Source: Thermoplasmata archaeon
GTDB lineage: Archaea; Thermoplasmatota; Thermoplasmata; Lutacidiplasmatales; UBA184
Reading direction: 5' to 3'
DNA: 64,000 bases
Assembly (NCBI GenBank): GCA_035504595.1
Contig: DATJRQ010000018.1
Span: forward strand, 5,204-69,203
Shown: one piece after another, positions 44,914 to 54,631 of the stretch
How the letters are laid out: every line of letters starts with the position of its first letter
How positions within the stretch are numbered: the first letter of the stretch is position 1
The notes under the pieces: generated by a model
Databases searched by the model: none
The model's input: only the letters and a program-made list of their open reading frames with translations
What the model was told of the DNA's origin: nothing
Made by a program: the position numbers and the translations under genes

Positions 44914-47900
44914 TGGCTACCGTTGAGGTCCGGCCCACAGGAAGCTTCTCGCCGGTAGCGGTCGTCTGGTGCCGGCAGGTCGATAACGAGGCGGAAAGCC
45001 CCGGCTACACGACGATCCCCGAGGAGTTTCCCGGCCGTCGGGAGACGCTCGAGACGATCCGGCTCGTCGGGAACCTGACGGTCAACGTCGCCGACACCCA
45101 CGATTACTGGGACCCCGACCCGGCGCAGACGCTCTCGTACTACCCGAACCTGTTCCTCTATCCGGCCGGTAACGGCCGCTACACCTGCATCGGCCGGATG
45201 TTCCTCTCGACCGAGGACCGTCCGCGCCTCGGGATGAAGACCCTCGTCCTGGACACCCCGCAGCTGGTCGCTTCCGGCGACTTTGGCGGCGCCGTGCTCC
45301 AGGCGTGGGCGTCGATGGGCGGTCGCCCCGGCGGAGATTCCCGACGGGGGGAACCCGACCCGGCAGTGTACCAGGCGGTCGGTGAAGGGTTCCTCTTCCA
45401 CCGGGGCACCACGGAGCCGGTCGTCATCGTCGCCGCCGAACAGTGGGAAAGCTCGATCGACGCGATGACCGAGCTGGTCCGAATGCTTCCCACGTCCCTC
45501 ACCGCGCTGGGGGCGTTCCTCGCGTTCCCGTACTTCCTTCCCGAAGGGAAGGTCAACCTCCACGAGTTCGCGGAGCAGATCCCGCTCGCCCTCGCCCTCA
45601 TGCGGGTCCCCGAGCGCGAGGCGCAGGGGGACCGCCACGCGAAGCGCATCCAGAGCTGGGAGTCGGCCCCGGTGTCGTTGCGCGACCTGACCAAGCCGGC
45701 GAACCCACGAGCGAAGGACCCCCTCCCGCTCGTGCTGCAGTACGTCCGCGACCATTCCGACGAGAAGATCCTCGAGGTGAGTCGCCGGGTCGACCTCGTC
45801 GAGGCGACCCGCCTGCGCGCCCACATGGAGGACTCGGACCACCAGGGCGGCAAGGACCGCCGCAAGGAGATGTGGCGGATCGGCACCGGCATGGAGAGCG
45901 CCGCGCTGCTGCTCGCCCGCCCCCGGGGGCGCCAGATTCCGATGACGGGAGAGGCGGCCCGGCGCGCGAACCAGTATCTGCAGGCGCACCCCGCGACCGA
46001 CTCGATCGTGGTGGCGCCGGCGAGCCGCCCGCTGCCGTCCGCCCCGACCAGCGATCCCGTGGCGGTGGCCGGGGCGAACCAGGTCCCACCCTGGCTGCAG
46101 CGCCCGCCCGAAGTGACCCTTCCCGCGCCCGGACCCGTCGCGGTCCCGGTGTCCGTGAGCGACGACCCGTCCACCCTCCCGACCGGGGTCGTGGCGCCCG
46201 CGCCGCTGCCGGCCCCGGACGCGAGGGCGCCGGCGCCGCCGCCGATCGCCGGGATCTCGATGGCCTCCCCCGCGCTCTCCGCGGAAGCGGAGCATCGGTT
46301 GCGCACCTACGTGGACCAGCGCTTCCAGGAGATCACCGCCCTCCTCCCCCCGCCCCCCGACCCGAAGGCCCTCGAGACGCGACTCGCCGCGGCCTCCCTG
46401 GACTCGGAGGCCCGAGCGAGCGCGAACCTCGACCGGCGGATGCGGGAACAGGCCGAGGCCCAGAGCCGGGCGCTGACGCAACTGCAGGCCGACCTGTCGG
46501 CCCGACTGAACACCCTCGAAGGGCGGCCCGTCCTCGTCCCGACCGCGATCCCCGACGAGGTCGCGCGCTTCCAGCGCGAAACGATCGACCCGAAGCTCGC
46601 CGACCAGTACGAGAAGGCGCGGCTCGCGATCAAGGGGTCCGCGGACGCGGTCACCGCCCAGCTCCGCAGCGAGATCGCGGACGCGACGGAGGAGATGCGT
46701 CTGCGCGCGGCGAAGTCGGAGGAAGAGCTCCGGGTCGCGCTCATCGCGCAGATGGACCTCGAGATCCGCGAGGCGAAGGAGCAAGGCTCGACGCTCCGGG
46801 AAGAGATCGAGGGCCGCGTCCAGGCGATCCTGAAGGAACGGCTGACCGAGCTGGACGCGCGCCGCACGAAGGAGGCTCGGGAATCCGAGCAGCGTCTCGC
46901 GATCCTTGTGGACGGCCGCGTGAAAGACCTCGAGACCCGCGTCATCTCCTCGCTCGGAGCGCAACGGGACGCGCTCCAGCGCTCCTCCCAGGACCAGATC
47001 GCCCAGGTCGAGCGGCGGCTCGAACTCGCCGACCAGGCGCGGCTCGCCTCCCTCACCGAATCGCAGAACACGGCGCTCGCCGGTCTCCAGGTCCGCCTCC
47101 AGTCGTACTTCGACCAGCGGATGCGGGAGGACCAGGAACGGGAGCGCGAGAAGTACGTCGAGCTGCTGGCCCGCCTGAAAACCGAGGTCGACCAGGGGCT
47201 CGCCCACACGGTCGATTCCGCCGAGTTCGACCGCGCGGTCCAGACCCGGACCTTGCGGACCGTCGAGGCGCTCCACCTCGCCGACCAGAAGACGCTCGAC
47301 CTCAAGGTCGCGGACGCCGCGGCCCGGTTGAAATCCGAGCAGGGCAGTTCGATCGCCCGGCTCGCCCAGGTGGAGACGCAATTGCGCGATCGCGAGACGG
47401 CGATCGCGAACGTCGAGAAGAACGTGCGCACCGACCTCGAGGAGCTCGACCGTCGCCTCCAGGTGATGGCCGACCGGATGGTGCCCCTCGTCCGGAACAC
47501 CTGGCTCAAGGTCGAGGACCTGCAGAAGGGCGGGAGCCTGTCGGAACAGGCCGAGACCCGGATGAAGGAGTTCCGCCGGGAGTTCTCGCGCGAGCTCCGC
47601 CGCATCGAGGGCGAGATGCTCGAGCAGACGACCGAACTGCGGGACCGGATGGAAGGCGCGATCGCGCACCAGGGACGGATCTGGCTCAACTTCGTGCGGC
47701 AAATGGCCGACGCGGACGACGACGAGCCGCGCGTGATGGACCCTGCGTCCCGCTCGCTGCGCCGGGTCGCGCACGCGGCGGCGAACAGTCCGCTGCCCGA
47801 CCCTCGCGTCCCGCCGACCCGGGCCCGACCGACGTTCCAGCCGTTCGACGAGGTGCGGCGGGACGACCCGGTGAACCCACTCGACCCCCGCCCGGACCCG

Positions 47901-47942
47901 GGCGAAGTGGCCGAGCGTCGGCGCGCCCAGCGGACGAGCTAG
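44910..47942 (+). CDS. 1010-aa protein: ~330-aa globular N-terminal domain, Pro-rich linker, ~450-aa coiled coil, and a basic/Pro-rich C-terminus
   Basis: Heptad-rich Glu/Arg/Leu/Ala/Gln segment ~res 460-900 (SMC-like in composition but without ATPase heads). Coupled to the GTPase gene. The 1063-aa minus ORF and 850-aa plus ORF overlapping it are shadows. Confidence 0.6.
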   Translation: MMATVEVRPTGSFSPVAVVWCRQVDNEAESPGYTTIPEEFPGRRETLETIRLVGNLTVNVADTHDYWDPDPAQTLSYYPNLFLYPAGNGRYTCIGRMFLSTEDRPRLGMKTLVLDTPQLVASGDFGGAVLQAWASMGGRPGGDSRRGEPDPAVYQAVGEGFLFHRGTTEPVVIVAAEQWESSIDAMTELVRMLPTSLTALGAFLAFPYFLPEGKVNLHEFAEQIPLALALMRVPEREAQGDRHAKRIQSWESAPVSLRDLTKPANPRAKDPLPLVLQYVRDHSDEKILEVSRRVDLVEATRLRAHMEDSDHQGGKDRRKEMWRIGTGMESAALLLARPRGRQIPMTGEAARRANQYLQAHPATDSIVVAPASRPLPSAPTSDPVAVAGANQVPPWLQRPPEVTLPAPGPVAVPVSVSDDPSTLPTGVVAPAPLPAPDARAPAPPPIAGISMASPALSAEAEHRLRTYVDQRFQEITALLPPPPDPKALETRLAAASLDSEARASANLDRRMREQAEAQSRALTQLQADLSARLNTLEGRPVLVPTAIPDEVARFQRETIDPKLADQYEKARLAIKGSADAVTAQLRSEIADATEEMRLRAAKSEEELRVALIAQMDLEIREAKEQGSTLREEIEGRVQAILKERLTELDARRTKEARESEQRLAILVDGRVKDLETRVISSLGAQRDALQRSSQDQIAQVERRLELADQARLASLTESQNTALAGLQVRLQSYFDQRMREDQEREREKYVELLARLKTEVDQGLAHTVDSAEFDRAVQTRTLRTVEALHLADQKTLDLKVADAAARLKSEQGSSIARLAQVETQLRDRETAIANVEKNVRTDLEELDRRLQVMADRMVPLVRNTWLKVEDLQKGGSLSEQAETRMKEFRREFSRELRRIEGEMLEQTTELRDRMEGAIAHQGRIWLNFVRQMADADDDEPRVMDPASRSLRRVAHAAANSPLPDPRVPPTRARPTFQPFDEVRRDDPVNPLDPRPDPGEVAERRRAQRTS

Positions 47943-47991
47943 GGCCGCTCGGGCCGGTCAACGCTAAGCCCCCGCGCTCCGTCGAGGGGAC

Positions 47992-48171
47992 GTGACCGAG
48001 GACCACCGTCACTGCAAGGTGTGCGGCAAGCCCGTGGGGCCCGGCAAGGACACCTGCAGCACCGCCTGCCGCGAGAAACGCGAGGCGGTCGCCCGCACGA
48101 AGAAGATGTACACCTACGTCCTGTACGGGATGATCGCGCTCCTCCTGATCCTGCTCGTCGTCCGGCTGTAG
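47992..48171 (+). CDS. Small zinc-ribbon + single-TM protein (59 aa), DUF2116-like
   Basis: Manual translation VTEDHRHCKVCGKPVGPGKDTCSTACREKREAVARTKKMYTYVLYGMIALLLILLVVRL; GTG start; below the ORF-track cutoff. Confidence 0.35.
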   Translation: MTEDHRHCKVCGKPVGPGKDTCSTACREKREAVARTKKMYTYVLYGMIALLLILLVVRL

Positions 48172-48184
48172 CGGGGCGTTCGTT

Positions 48185-49009
48185 GTGCCCCGGTACGGAC
48201 GGGTCGTCCTCGGCGGGACCTTCGACCGCCTCCATCTGGGCCACGAGGCGATGCTCCGGACCGCGTTCGCGGCGGGCCGCACCGTCGCGATCGGTCTGAC
48301 GAGCGCGAGGTTCCTCGCCGCGCACCCAAAGCCCGGCTCCGACCGCATCCAGCCGTACGCGACCCGTCACCGTGCGCTCACGCGGTGGCTGGGGGCTCGG
48401 TACCCGACGGCCCGATGGGTCGTGGTGCCGTTGAACGACCGATTCGGGCGGTCGGTCGAGGACGGGGTCGACGCCCTCGTGGTCTCGGCCGACACCCTCG
48501 CGGGCGGGCAGGCCGTGAACGCCGAGCGCCGACGGCTCGGGCGCCGCGCGGTGCCGGTGCTGACGGTCCCGCTCGTCCTCGCGGACGACCTCCGACCGGT
48601 GAGCTCGCGCCGGATCCGCTCCGGAGAGATCGACCGGTATGGCCGGCGCCTCAGCCGGATCCGGGTCGGGCTCTCCGTCGAGATCGCGTCGGACCGGGCG
48701 CCGGCCGAGCTCGGGATTCGATCCGCGTTCCCCCGGGCCCGGGTCGTGCGCACCCCGTTCCCCCGCGCCCAGTCGCGGCACCTCACGCGGCTCGACAACG
48801 CCCTCCGGGCGGCCACGCGGGACACCGAACTTGGGGTCGCTGTGGGGGCCCCGGACCCGACGCACCGCGCGATCGTCGCGGGGATCGGCCCGGTCGCCCT
48901 CCCGCCCTGGGTGCTGTCCCGGACGGGCCCCGCCGCGCTCCGCGACGGGATCGCGCGTGAGCTGCGCCGTTCCGCGGCGGCGAAGCTCTTTAGCGCCCCA
49001 CCCCCGTAG
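48185..49009 (+). CDS. Archaeal-type phosphopantetheine adenylyltransferase domain (cytidylyltransferase fold) with a ~120-aa C-terminal extension
   Basis: LGGTFDRLHLGHEAML (HxGH nucleotidyltransferase) N-terminal ~150 aa; C-terminal Arg-rich extension of unknown nature. Confidence 0.65.
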   Translation: MPRYGRVVLGGTFDRLHLGHEAMLRTAFAAGRTVAIGLTSARFLAAHPKPGSDRIQPYATRHRALTRWLGARYPTARWVVVPLNDRFGRSVEDGVDALVVSADTLAGGQAVNAERRRLGRRAVPVLTVPLVLADDLRPVSSRRIRSGEIDRYGRRLSRIRVGLSVEIASDRAPAELGIRSAFPRARVVRTPFPRAQSRHLTRLDNALRAATRDTELGVAVGAPDPTHRAIVAGIGPVALPPWVLSRTGPAALRDGIARELRRSAAAKLFSAPPP

Positions 49010-49017
49010 CTGCGGCG

Positions 49018-49239
49018 ATGGAGACGTACCTGCGCGTCACGTTCGACAGCGAGGGAGCGAAGCCGTCCGAGGTCGCGGACCGGCTCCGCTCGTTCGGGTT
49101 CCAGCCGACGCAAGGGAACTACGACTTCGTCTACGACTGGCAAGGCGCCGCGTCCCGCGACCAGATCCTGGACCTCTCCGACGAGCTCACCCGGCGTTTG
49201 CGCGGGTATCGCGTCCGCATCGAGATCGAGACGGTGTAG
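49018..49239 (+). CDS. Small hypothetical protein (73 aa)
   Basis: Compact ORF with a plausible non-biased composition; followed by GTTTTTAAG (a terminator-like T-run and/or the TATA box of the next gene). Confidence 0.3.
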   Translation: METYLRVTFDSEGAKPSEVADRLRSFGFQPTQGNYDFVYDWQGAASRDQILDLSDELTRRLRGYRVRIEIETV

Positions 49240-49287
49240 CCCGCGGCCTGAACGTTTTTAAGACGCCCCGATTTTGGACGGTCCGCC

Positions 49288-49614
49288 GTGCAGAAGTACC
49301 CGGTGCGTGCGACCCACCGTAAGAACCTCGACGGAGCCGCGCTCGCCGCCATCGCGCGGAACCATTTCGAGGACGTCGCGCCCGATGGCACCGGCGTCGT
49401 CGGGCACTGGGGCGCGATCCAACGCATCTCGGCGCGCGCGGAGAACAAGGAGCTCCTCGTGGACCTCACGATGAACCCGAAGGTCGACGTGCAGGTCGCC
49501 GCGGAGACGATCGCCCGGTACAACCGGTTCCTCGAGGAAGCGACCGGGTACAGCTCGAAAGAGCGGGCGAAACGCCTGCGGAAGGCGGCCACGGCCGGCG
49601 CCGACGGGGCCTGA
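49288..49614 (+). CDS. Hypothetical protein (108 aa) co-transcribed with the site-2 protease
   Basis: Its stop lies 4 nt before the S2P start; a TTTTTAAG TATA box sits ~27 nt upstream (leaderless). Confidence 0.4.
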   Translation: MQKYPVRATHRKNLDGAALAAIARNHFEDVAPDGTGVVGHWGAIQRISARAENKELLVDLTMNPKVDVQVAAETIARYNRFLEEATGYSSKERAKRLRKAATAGADGA

Positions 49615-49617
49615 GGC

Positions 49618-51216
49618 ATGGGCGGCCGGCCCCCCGGACCGCTCCCGACCGCGGGAAGTTCGACCGAGCTGGACCGGGTGCGGGCGCTCGTCAGCGCCTA
49701 CTTTCCGGTCTACGAGACCCGGATCGGCCCCCAGTCCGTCCTCCTCGCCGTCCACGTGGACCCGACGACGCTCGAGTCAAAGTTCGACGGACTCCGGAGG
49801 GAGCTGTGGACCCTCCAGTACGTGCCGATCCTGCGGCGGCAGTCGGGGGAGGAGTTCATCGAGGTCGTCCGCCGGCCCAAGGCGGGCCCTTCGCGTCTGT
49901 GGGTGAACTTCCTGCTGCTGCTCGGGACGGTCGCGACGACCACCTTCGCCGGTTCGCTGATCTGGCTCGCCTACGTCGGCGGCGCGACCCTCGGATGGAA
50001 CGATGTCGCGTATGGGGCGCTGTACTTCTCGGCCCCCGTGATGACGATCCTCGGCCTCCACGAGCTCGCCCACTATGTGGTCGCGCGGCGCCACCATGTC
50101 GAGGCGTCGCTGCCGTACTTCCTACCGGTGCCCCCGCCGTTCCTGTTCGGGACGTTCGGCGCGTTCATCAGCATCCGCGAGCCGTTCCCGGACAAGAAGG
50201 CGCTGTTCGACATCGGAGCGGCGGGCCCCCTCGCGGGCTTCGCGGCCTCGATACCGATCGTCCTCGCGGGCGCGTATCTGAACCTGCACACGGCGACGGT
50301 GCCGCTCTCCTACTGCGGCCCGACCGTGTTGGGGGTCAGCTACGGGAACCTGATCGTCGGCACGCCGCTCTTCCTGTTCCTCCTGTCCAAGTTCATCCCG
50401 TTCGCGACCGCGAGCATCACGCCGCTCGAGCTCGCGGGGTGGGTGGGGATCCTCGTCACCGCGATCAACCTGCTGCCCGCCAGCCAGCTCGATGGGGGTC
50501 ACGTCTTCCGCGCGCTGCTCGGCGACCGGACCCGATACCTCAGCTACGCCGTGGTGGTCCTGCTCCTCGGGATCGGGCTCCTGTTCTACACGGGCTGGAT
50601 CATCTTCGCGATCCTGATCCTGTTCCTCGGGGTCCGACACCCGCCGCCGCTGAACGATACGTCGCCGCTCGACGCGAAACGGTACCTCGTCGGCGCCTGC
50701 GTCGCGGCGGTGCTCGTCACCGGCTTCGTCCTCACTCCGCTCGCCACCCCGCCCGGGGCGATGAACCTGAACAGCGAATCGGCGGTCGGAGTCGCCCCGC
50801 CCTCCGGCGCGCTGATCGCGGCCAACCTCTCGGTGACTGTCGTGAACCTGGACCCGGTCGCCCACGCCTTCTGGTTCGCGTCCTCGGTGACGAACGTCAC
50901 GTTACGGACCGGAAACAGCACGACCGACGTCACGGGAGGCCCGTTGTTCACGGCGTTCGTCGCGAATTCGACCTGGGTGTACCACCTGCCGGGCGGCAAG
51001 AGCTACACGTTCACGGGAAACAACGTGAGCCTGCCGCAGTCGGCGTTCGTGACGATCAACGCGAGCGGCTCGGGGAGCGACTCCGCCCTCCTCGTCATCA
51101 CGTTCTCGAACACCGACGCGGCCACCGGGGCCGGGTTCGCCTTCGGAGCGAACGAGTTCTGCGCGTCCTCGACCGGCGGGACCGACTCTACGTCGTGGGT
51201 CGCCGGGTGGCCGTAG
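49618..51216 (+). CDS. Site-2 protease (M50 family intramembrane metalloprotease) with a long Asn/Ser/Thr-rich C-terminal extracytoplasmic extension
   Basis: HELAHY (HExxH) in a TM helix; LDGGH motif in a later TM; multiple TM segments; C-terminal ~170 aa rich in N-x-S/T sequons. Confidence 0.8.
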   Translation: MGGRPPGPLPTAGSSTELDRVRALVSAYFPVYETRIGPQSVLLAVHVDPTTLESKFDGLRRELWTLQYVPILRRQSGEEFIEVVRRPKAGPSRLWVNFLLLLGTVATTTFAGSLIWLAYVGGATLGWNDVAYGALYFSAPVMTILGLHELAHYVVARRHHVEASLPYFLPVPPPFLFGTFGAFISIREPFPDKKALFDIGAAGPLAGFAASIPIVLAGAYLNLHTATVPLSYCGPTVLGVSYGNLIVGTPLFLFLLSKFIPFATASITPLELAGWVGILVTAINLLPASQLDGGHVFRALLGDRTRYLSYAVVVLLLGIGLLFYTGWIIFAILILFLGVRHPPPLNDTSPLDAKRYLVGACVAAVLVTGFVLTPLATPPGAMNLNSESAVGVAPPSGALIAANLSVTVVNLDPVAHAFWFASSVTNVTLRTGNSTTDVTGGPLFTAFVANSTWVYHLPGGKSYTFTGNNVSLPQSAFVTINASGSGSDSALLVITFSNTDAATGAGFAFGANEFCASSTGGTDSTSWVAGWP

Positions 51217-52225
51217 CGCCCGACCGCTCGAATACGCGGAACTCCCGCGTCAGGCTGCGGTGGACCCGGACCGTCGCCCGCAGCACGGAGGTCCACTCCG
51301 GCCCGGGCACGTCGATCGGACCGGGCACGACGATCACGATCCGGCCCCCGGGCCGGACCCGCTCGGCCCAGCGCGGCAGCACGCGCGCGACGACCTCGCG
51401 CGCGCCCTCGCCGCCGGTGCTCGAGGCCCGGCCGTACGGCGGGTCGGTGACGATGGCGTCGAACGGGGTCGACGGGTCCCGGAACTCCGAGGTTCCGGCG
51501 TCCCCGACGATCAGCTCCTCCGCCGCCAGCCCCAGGTGCCCGAGGTTGCGCAGCGCTCCGCGGACCATCTCCGGGTCCCGGTCGATCCCGAACAGACGGG
51601 CGCCGAGCAACCCCGCCTCGGCGAGCAGTGCACCGGTCCCGACGAACGGGTCGACCACGCGGTCGCCGGGACGCACCCGGGCCAGGTTCGCCGCCGCGCG
51701 GGCGAAGCGGGGCGGCAGGCTGACCGGGCGCTGGAACGGAAGGGACGGCATGCGGCGGTCGGAGACGGCCCTCCGGTCGACCGCGGCGCCCTCCTCGAGC
51801 AGGTGGTCCGTCCCGTTCAGATCGTCGACCAGCCAGTAGCGGTGCACGGGGTTCGCCAATCGGATCTGGCCACCGCCCCGCTTGAAGGCCGCTCCCGCCC
51901 CGAGGACCCCGCCGTCCGTCGCACCGGAGGTGGGCCGACCCAGCCGACGCACGGCCGCGGTGCCTCCGCCCTTCCCCGCCCGCTCGAGGGTCGGACCGAT
52001 CTCGTCGCCGGACGCGAGCGCGCGGAGGCATCGGTGCGCCAGAGCGAGGCGAGCGGCCAGTTGAGGGACGGTCGAGTCGCTGGGAAGCCGAACGCCCACC
52101 AGACCAACGTCGCCGAGGGAAGGGTCCGGAGCGGCGTCGCCCCCGAGGGCCTCGGCCGCCGCGACCGCCTCGGCGGCGGCGAGCGCCGGCGCCTCGCCCG
52201 AAAGTTCGACCCACGCCGAGATCAT
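51188..52225 (-). CDS. THUMP-domain tRNA (guanine-N2)-methyltransferase, Trm11-like
   Basis: DPPYG catalytic motif, SAM-binding VVDPFVGTGA, N-terminal THUMP-like region; start reset to an internal Met. Confidence 0.7.
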   Translation of the reverse strand: MISAWVELSGEAPALAAAEAVAAAEALGGDAAPDPSLGDVGLVGVRLPSDSTVPQLAARLALAHRCLRALASGDEIGPTLERAGKGGGTAAVRRLGRPTSGATDGGVLGAGAAFKRGGGQIRLANPVHRYWLVDDLNGTDHLLEEGAAVDRRAVSDRRMPSLPFQRPVSLPPRFARAAANLARVRPGDRVVDPFVGTGALLAEAGLLGARLFGIDRDPEMVRGALRNLGHLGLAAEELIVGDAGTSEFRDPSTPFDAIVTDPPYGRASSTGGEGAREVVARVLPRWAERVRPGGRIVIVVPGPIDVPGPEWTSVLRATVRVHRSLTREFRVFERSGATATRRPTT

Positions 52226-52695
52226 ACGGCCCCACCGGTCCATTCCCGAAGCCGGCGACGTACGGACGCGGTGTGCGTGCCTTCCCAATAGAGGTGCCCG
52301 CACGAGGCGCACCGATAGACCACCAGTCCGGCACGGATGCGGTCCCACGGAATCCCCGATTGCGGGGTCGACGGATCGGCCGCGAAGCCGGCCCGCAGGG
52401 GACCGTTGCACACGGTGCACCGGTCGAATCGGACGTCCCGCGGGAGGGAGGGGAGCGCCGCCCACGCTTCGCGGACCTGGCGCGCGATCTCGGTGGTGCG
52501 GAGCAACACCGAGCCGGGGAGGCGCCGGGCAAGCTCCCGGTCGCGCGTCACCACGATGCGGCGCTCGGCGCGGGCTCGTTCTACGATCGTGTCATCGGAC
52601 CATCCGCGCGCGTACTCCGTGTCGCACCCCACCATGCGGAGGTACCGCGCCAGGCGGCCCACCATCTCGTCGGCGAGGAGGCGGGGGGGCGCCAT
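52222..52695 (-). CDS. Mut7-C (DUF82) PIN-like RNase domain protein with a C-terminal zinc ribbon
   Basis: LLADEMVGRLARYLRMVGCDT start typical of Mut7-C; C-terminal CTVCNG...CASCGH ribbon; 4-nt overlap with the Trm11-like gene. Confidence 0.7.
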   Translation of the reverse strand: MAPPRLLADEMVGRLARYLRMVGCDTEYARGWSDDTIVERARAERRIVVTRDRELARRLPGSVLLRTTEIARQVREAWAALPSLPRDVRFDRCTVCNGPLRAGFAADPSTPQSGIPWDRIRAGLVVYRCASCGHLYWEGTHTASVRRRLREWTGGAV

Positions 52696-52737
52696 GCCGC
52701 GGGGACCGGAGCGCCGCGATTTACCGTTGACCGTTAT

Positions 52738-54204
52738 ATGGGGGCCGGTCTCTGGGCCCGACCCCCGAGGGACCCCTCCGTGCGGCTGTTCGGAACCAAC
52801 GGAATCCGTGAGGTGGTGGGGGAGGGCCTCACCGCCGAATTTGTCACTCGCGTCGCCGGGGCGATCGCGGCCGAGTTCCGGCCGGGAAAACCGATCCTGG
52901 TCGGGATGGACGGTCGCACGTCCAGTCCCGCCTTCTCCCGGATCGTAAGTGGAACCCTCGCCCTCGCCGGGCACGACGTGCTCGAGATCGGGGTCCTCCC
53001 GACCCCGGCGGTCCAGTACAACGTGACGCGGCTGGGCGCTCAGCTCGCGGTGATCGTCACCGCGTCGCACAATCCTCGCGAGTTCAACGGTATCAAGTGC
53101 ATCGCCGAGGACGGGCTCGAGATCTCGCGCGCCACCGAGCAATCGATCGAGACGTCGGTCGAGGCGGGGAGGACAGCGACCGTACCGTACGACCGGGTGG
53201 GGGAGATCACCCCCCAGAGCGACGGCGCCCGTCGCTACGTCGAGGGGATCCTCGGGCAGGTCGACGTGGCGAGGATTCGGGCACGGAAGTTCACGGTCGT
53301 GTTGGATTGCGGTAACGGGGCCTCCGTTCCGACCAGCCCGAGTCTCCTTCGGAAGCTCGGGTGCCGGGTCCTCACCCTGAACGGGCACGTGGACGGGACG
53401 TTCCCCGGCCATCTCTCCGAGCCGACCGAGGAGAACATCGCCGACCTTCGCAAGATGGTACCCGCGGTCGGGGCCGACCTCGGGATCGCCCATGACGGAG
53501 ACGCCGACCGCGCGGTGTTCGTGGACGCGACGGGGCGGTTCGTGCCCGGCGAGGAGATGCTCACGTTGCTCGGCGAGGACGCCGTGCGCCGGCACAAGGG
53601 CGGGGTCGTCGTCACTCCGGTCTCCGCCTCCCAAAGCCTCGAGGACGTGGTCACGGCGGCCGGCGGGACGGTGGTGTACACGCGCATCGGCTCACCGGTC
53701 GTCACGCACGAGCTCCAGGAGCGCCACGGCATCTTCGGCGGCGAAGAGAACGGCGGACTGATCTTCCCGGAGTTCCAGCTCGCGCGCGACGGCGGGATGA
53801 CCGCCGCTGCGACGCTCGACCTGCTAGCGCGCCGGGGGGTGGGCCTCATCGAGGCTCTGGCGCCGCTCCCGAGGTACGCCCTCGTCAAGGTGAAGGAACC
53901 GGTGCCGGCCGCGATCCGCGAGCCGGTGATCGCTCGAGTGGCCGACCGGCTGAAAGCGGGCAGCGACCGCGTGGTCACCATCGACGGCGTGAAGGCGTTC
54001 CGGGACGGCGGCTGGGTGCTGGTGCGGGCGTCGGGCACCGAACCGCTGTTCCGGGTCTTTGCCGAGTCCAAGGACCGGGCGAAGGCCCAGTCGCTGGCGA
54101 AGCTCGGGGTCGACGCGCTGCGGGCGGCGGTCGAGGACGTGGGCCGGTCGGACCGACCGTCGGCGCGCGAACGCCCGGCCCGCGGGAAGTCCCCGCGCTC
54201 GTAG
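52738..54204 (+). CDS. Phosphoglucosamine/phosphomannomutase-family phosphohexomutase
   Basis: TASHNP active-site serine motif, GDGDADR metal-binding loop and four-domain architecture. Alternative GTG start at 52780 (VRLFGTNGIRE). Confidence 0.85.
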   Translation: MGAGLWARPPRDPSVRLFGTNGIREVVGEGLTAEFVTRVAGAIAAEFRPGKPILVGMDGRTSSPAFSRIVSGTLALAGHDVLEIGVLPTPAVQYNVTRLGAQLAVIVTASHNPREFNGIKCIAEDGLEISRATEQSIETSVEAGRTATVPYDRVGEITPQSDGARRYVEGILGQVDVARIRARKFTVVLDCGNGASVPTSPSLLRKLGCRVLTLNGHVDGTFPGHLSEPTEENIADLRKMVPAVGADLGIAHDGDADRAVFVDATGRFVPGEEMLTLLGEDAVRRHKGGVVVTPVSASQSLEDVVTAAGGTVVYTRIGSPVVTHELQERHGIFGGEENGGLIFPEFQLARDGGMTAAATLDLLARRGVGLIEALAPLPRYALVKVKEPVPAAIREPVIARVADRLKAGSDRVVTIDGVKAFRDGGWVLVRASGTEPLFRVFAESKDRAKAQSLAKLGVDALRAAVEDVGRSDRPSARERPARGKSPRS

Positions 54205-54208
54205 CGCC

Positions 54209-54631
54209 CTAGCGAATGAGCGGTCCGAACACGAACAGCCCCAACAGCAGGAGCCCCAGCACAGTGAGTGTGACCCACATCATCGTGCGTTCCCCGTCTC
54301 GGCGGAAGTAGTACACCCCGGTCAGCACCCTCACCACGGGCGTCGCGATCAGAACGTAGGTCCCCAGCGTCAGGTACGCCGACGGCGCGCCCCGGGCGAG
54401 TCCGGAGGCGAATCCCGACCCGGTCAGGTACGGCACGATCGGGTTCGCGCCGACGACCGACCCGGCGCTCGCCCCGGGGTTCTGCAGCAGGTAGGCGATC
54501 AGGGCCGCGAGCAGGATCGCGACGGCGACTCCGAGCCCCGACCGAAGGACGATAGCCATCCGCTCCCGGGCGTGCTCGGGGAGCCGCGGGGGCGGGATCG
54601 GCAGTACCTCGGGCGACGCGGCGGCGTTCAT
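54209..54631 (-). CDS. Small membrane protein (DUF1634-like), partner of the TauE/SafE exporter
   Basis: Three predicted TM helices; 4-nt overlap with the upstream TauE gene. Confidence 0.5.
   Translation of the reverse strand: MNAAASPEVLPIPPPRLPEHARERMAIVLRSGLGVAVAILLAALIAYLLQNPGASAGSVVGANPIVPYLTGSGFASGLARGAPSAYLTLGTYVLIATPVVRVLTGVYYFRRDGERTMMWVTLTVLGLLLLGLFVFGPLIR

Noticed and set aside
44583-47995. 1063-aa minus ORF and 850-aa plus-strand alternative-frame ORF across the coiled-coil gene
   Set aside because: Both are Arg/Gly/Pro-rich without motifs. The annotated frame gives a coherent heptad-repeat protein that is translationally coupled to the GTPase.
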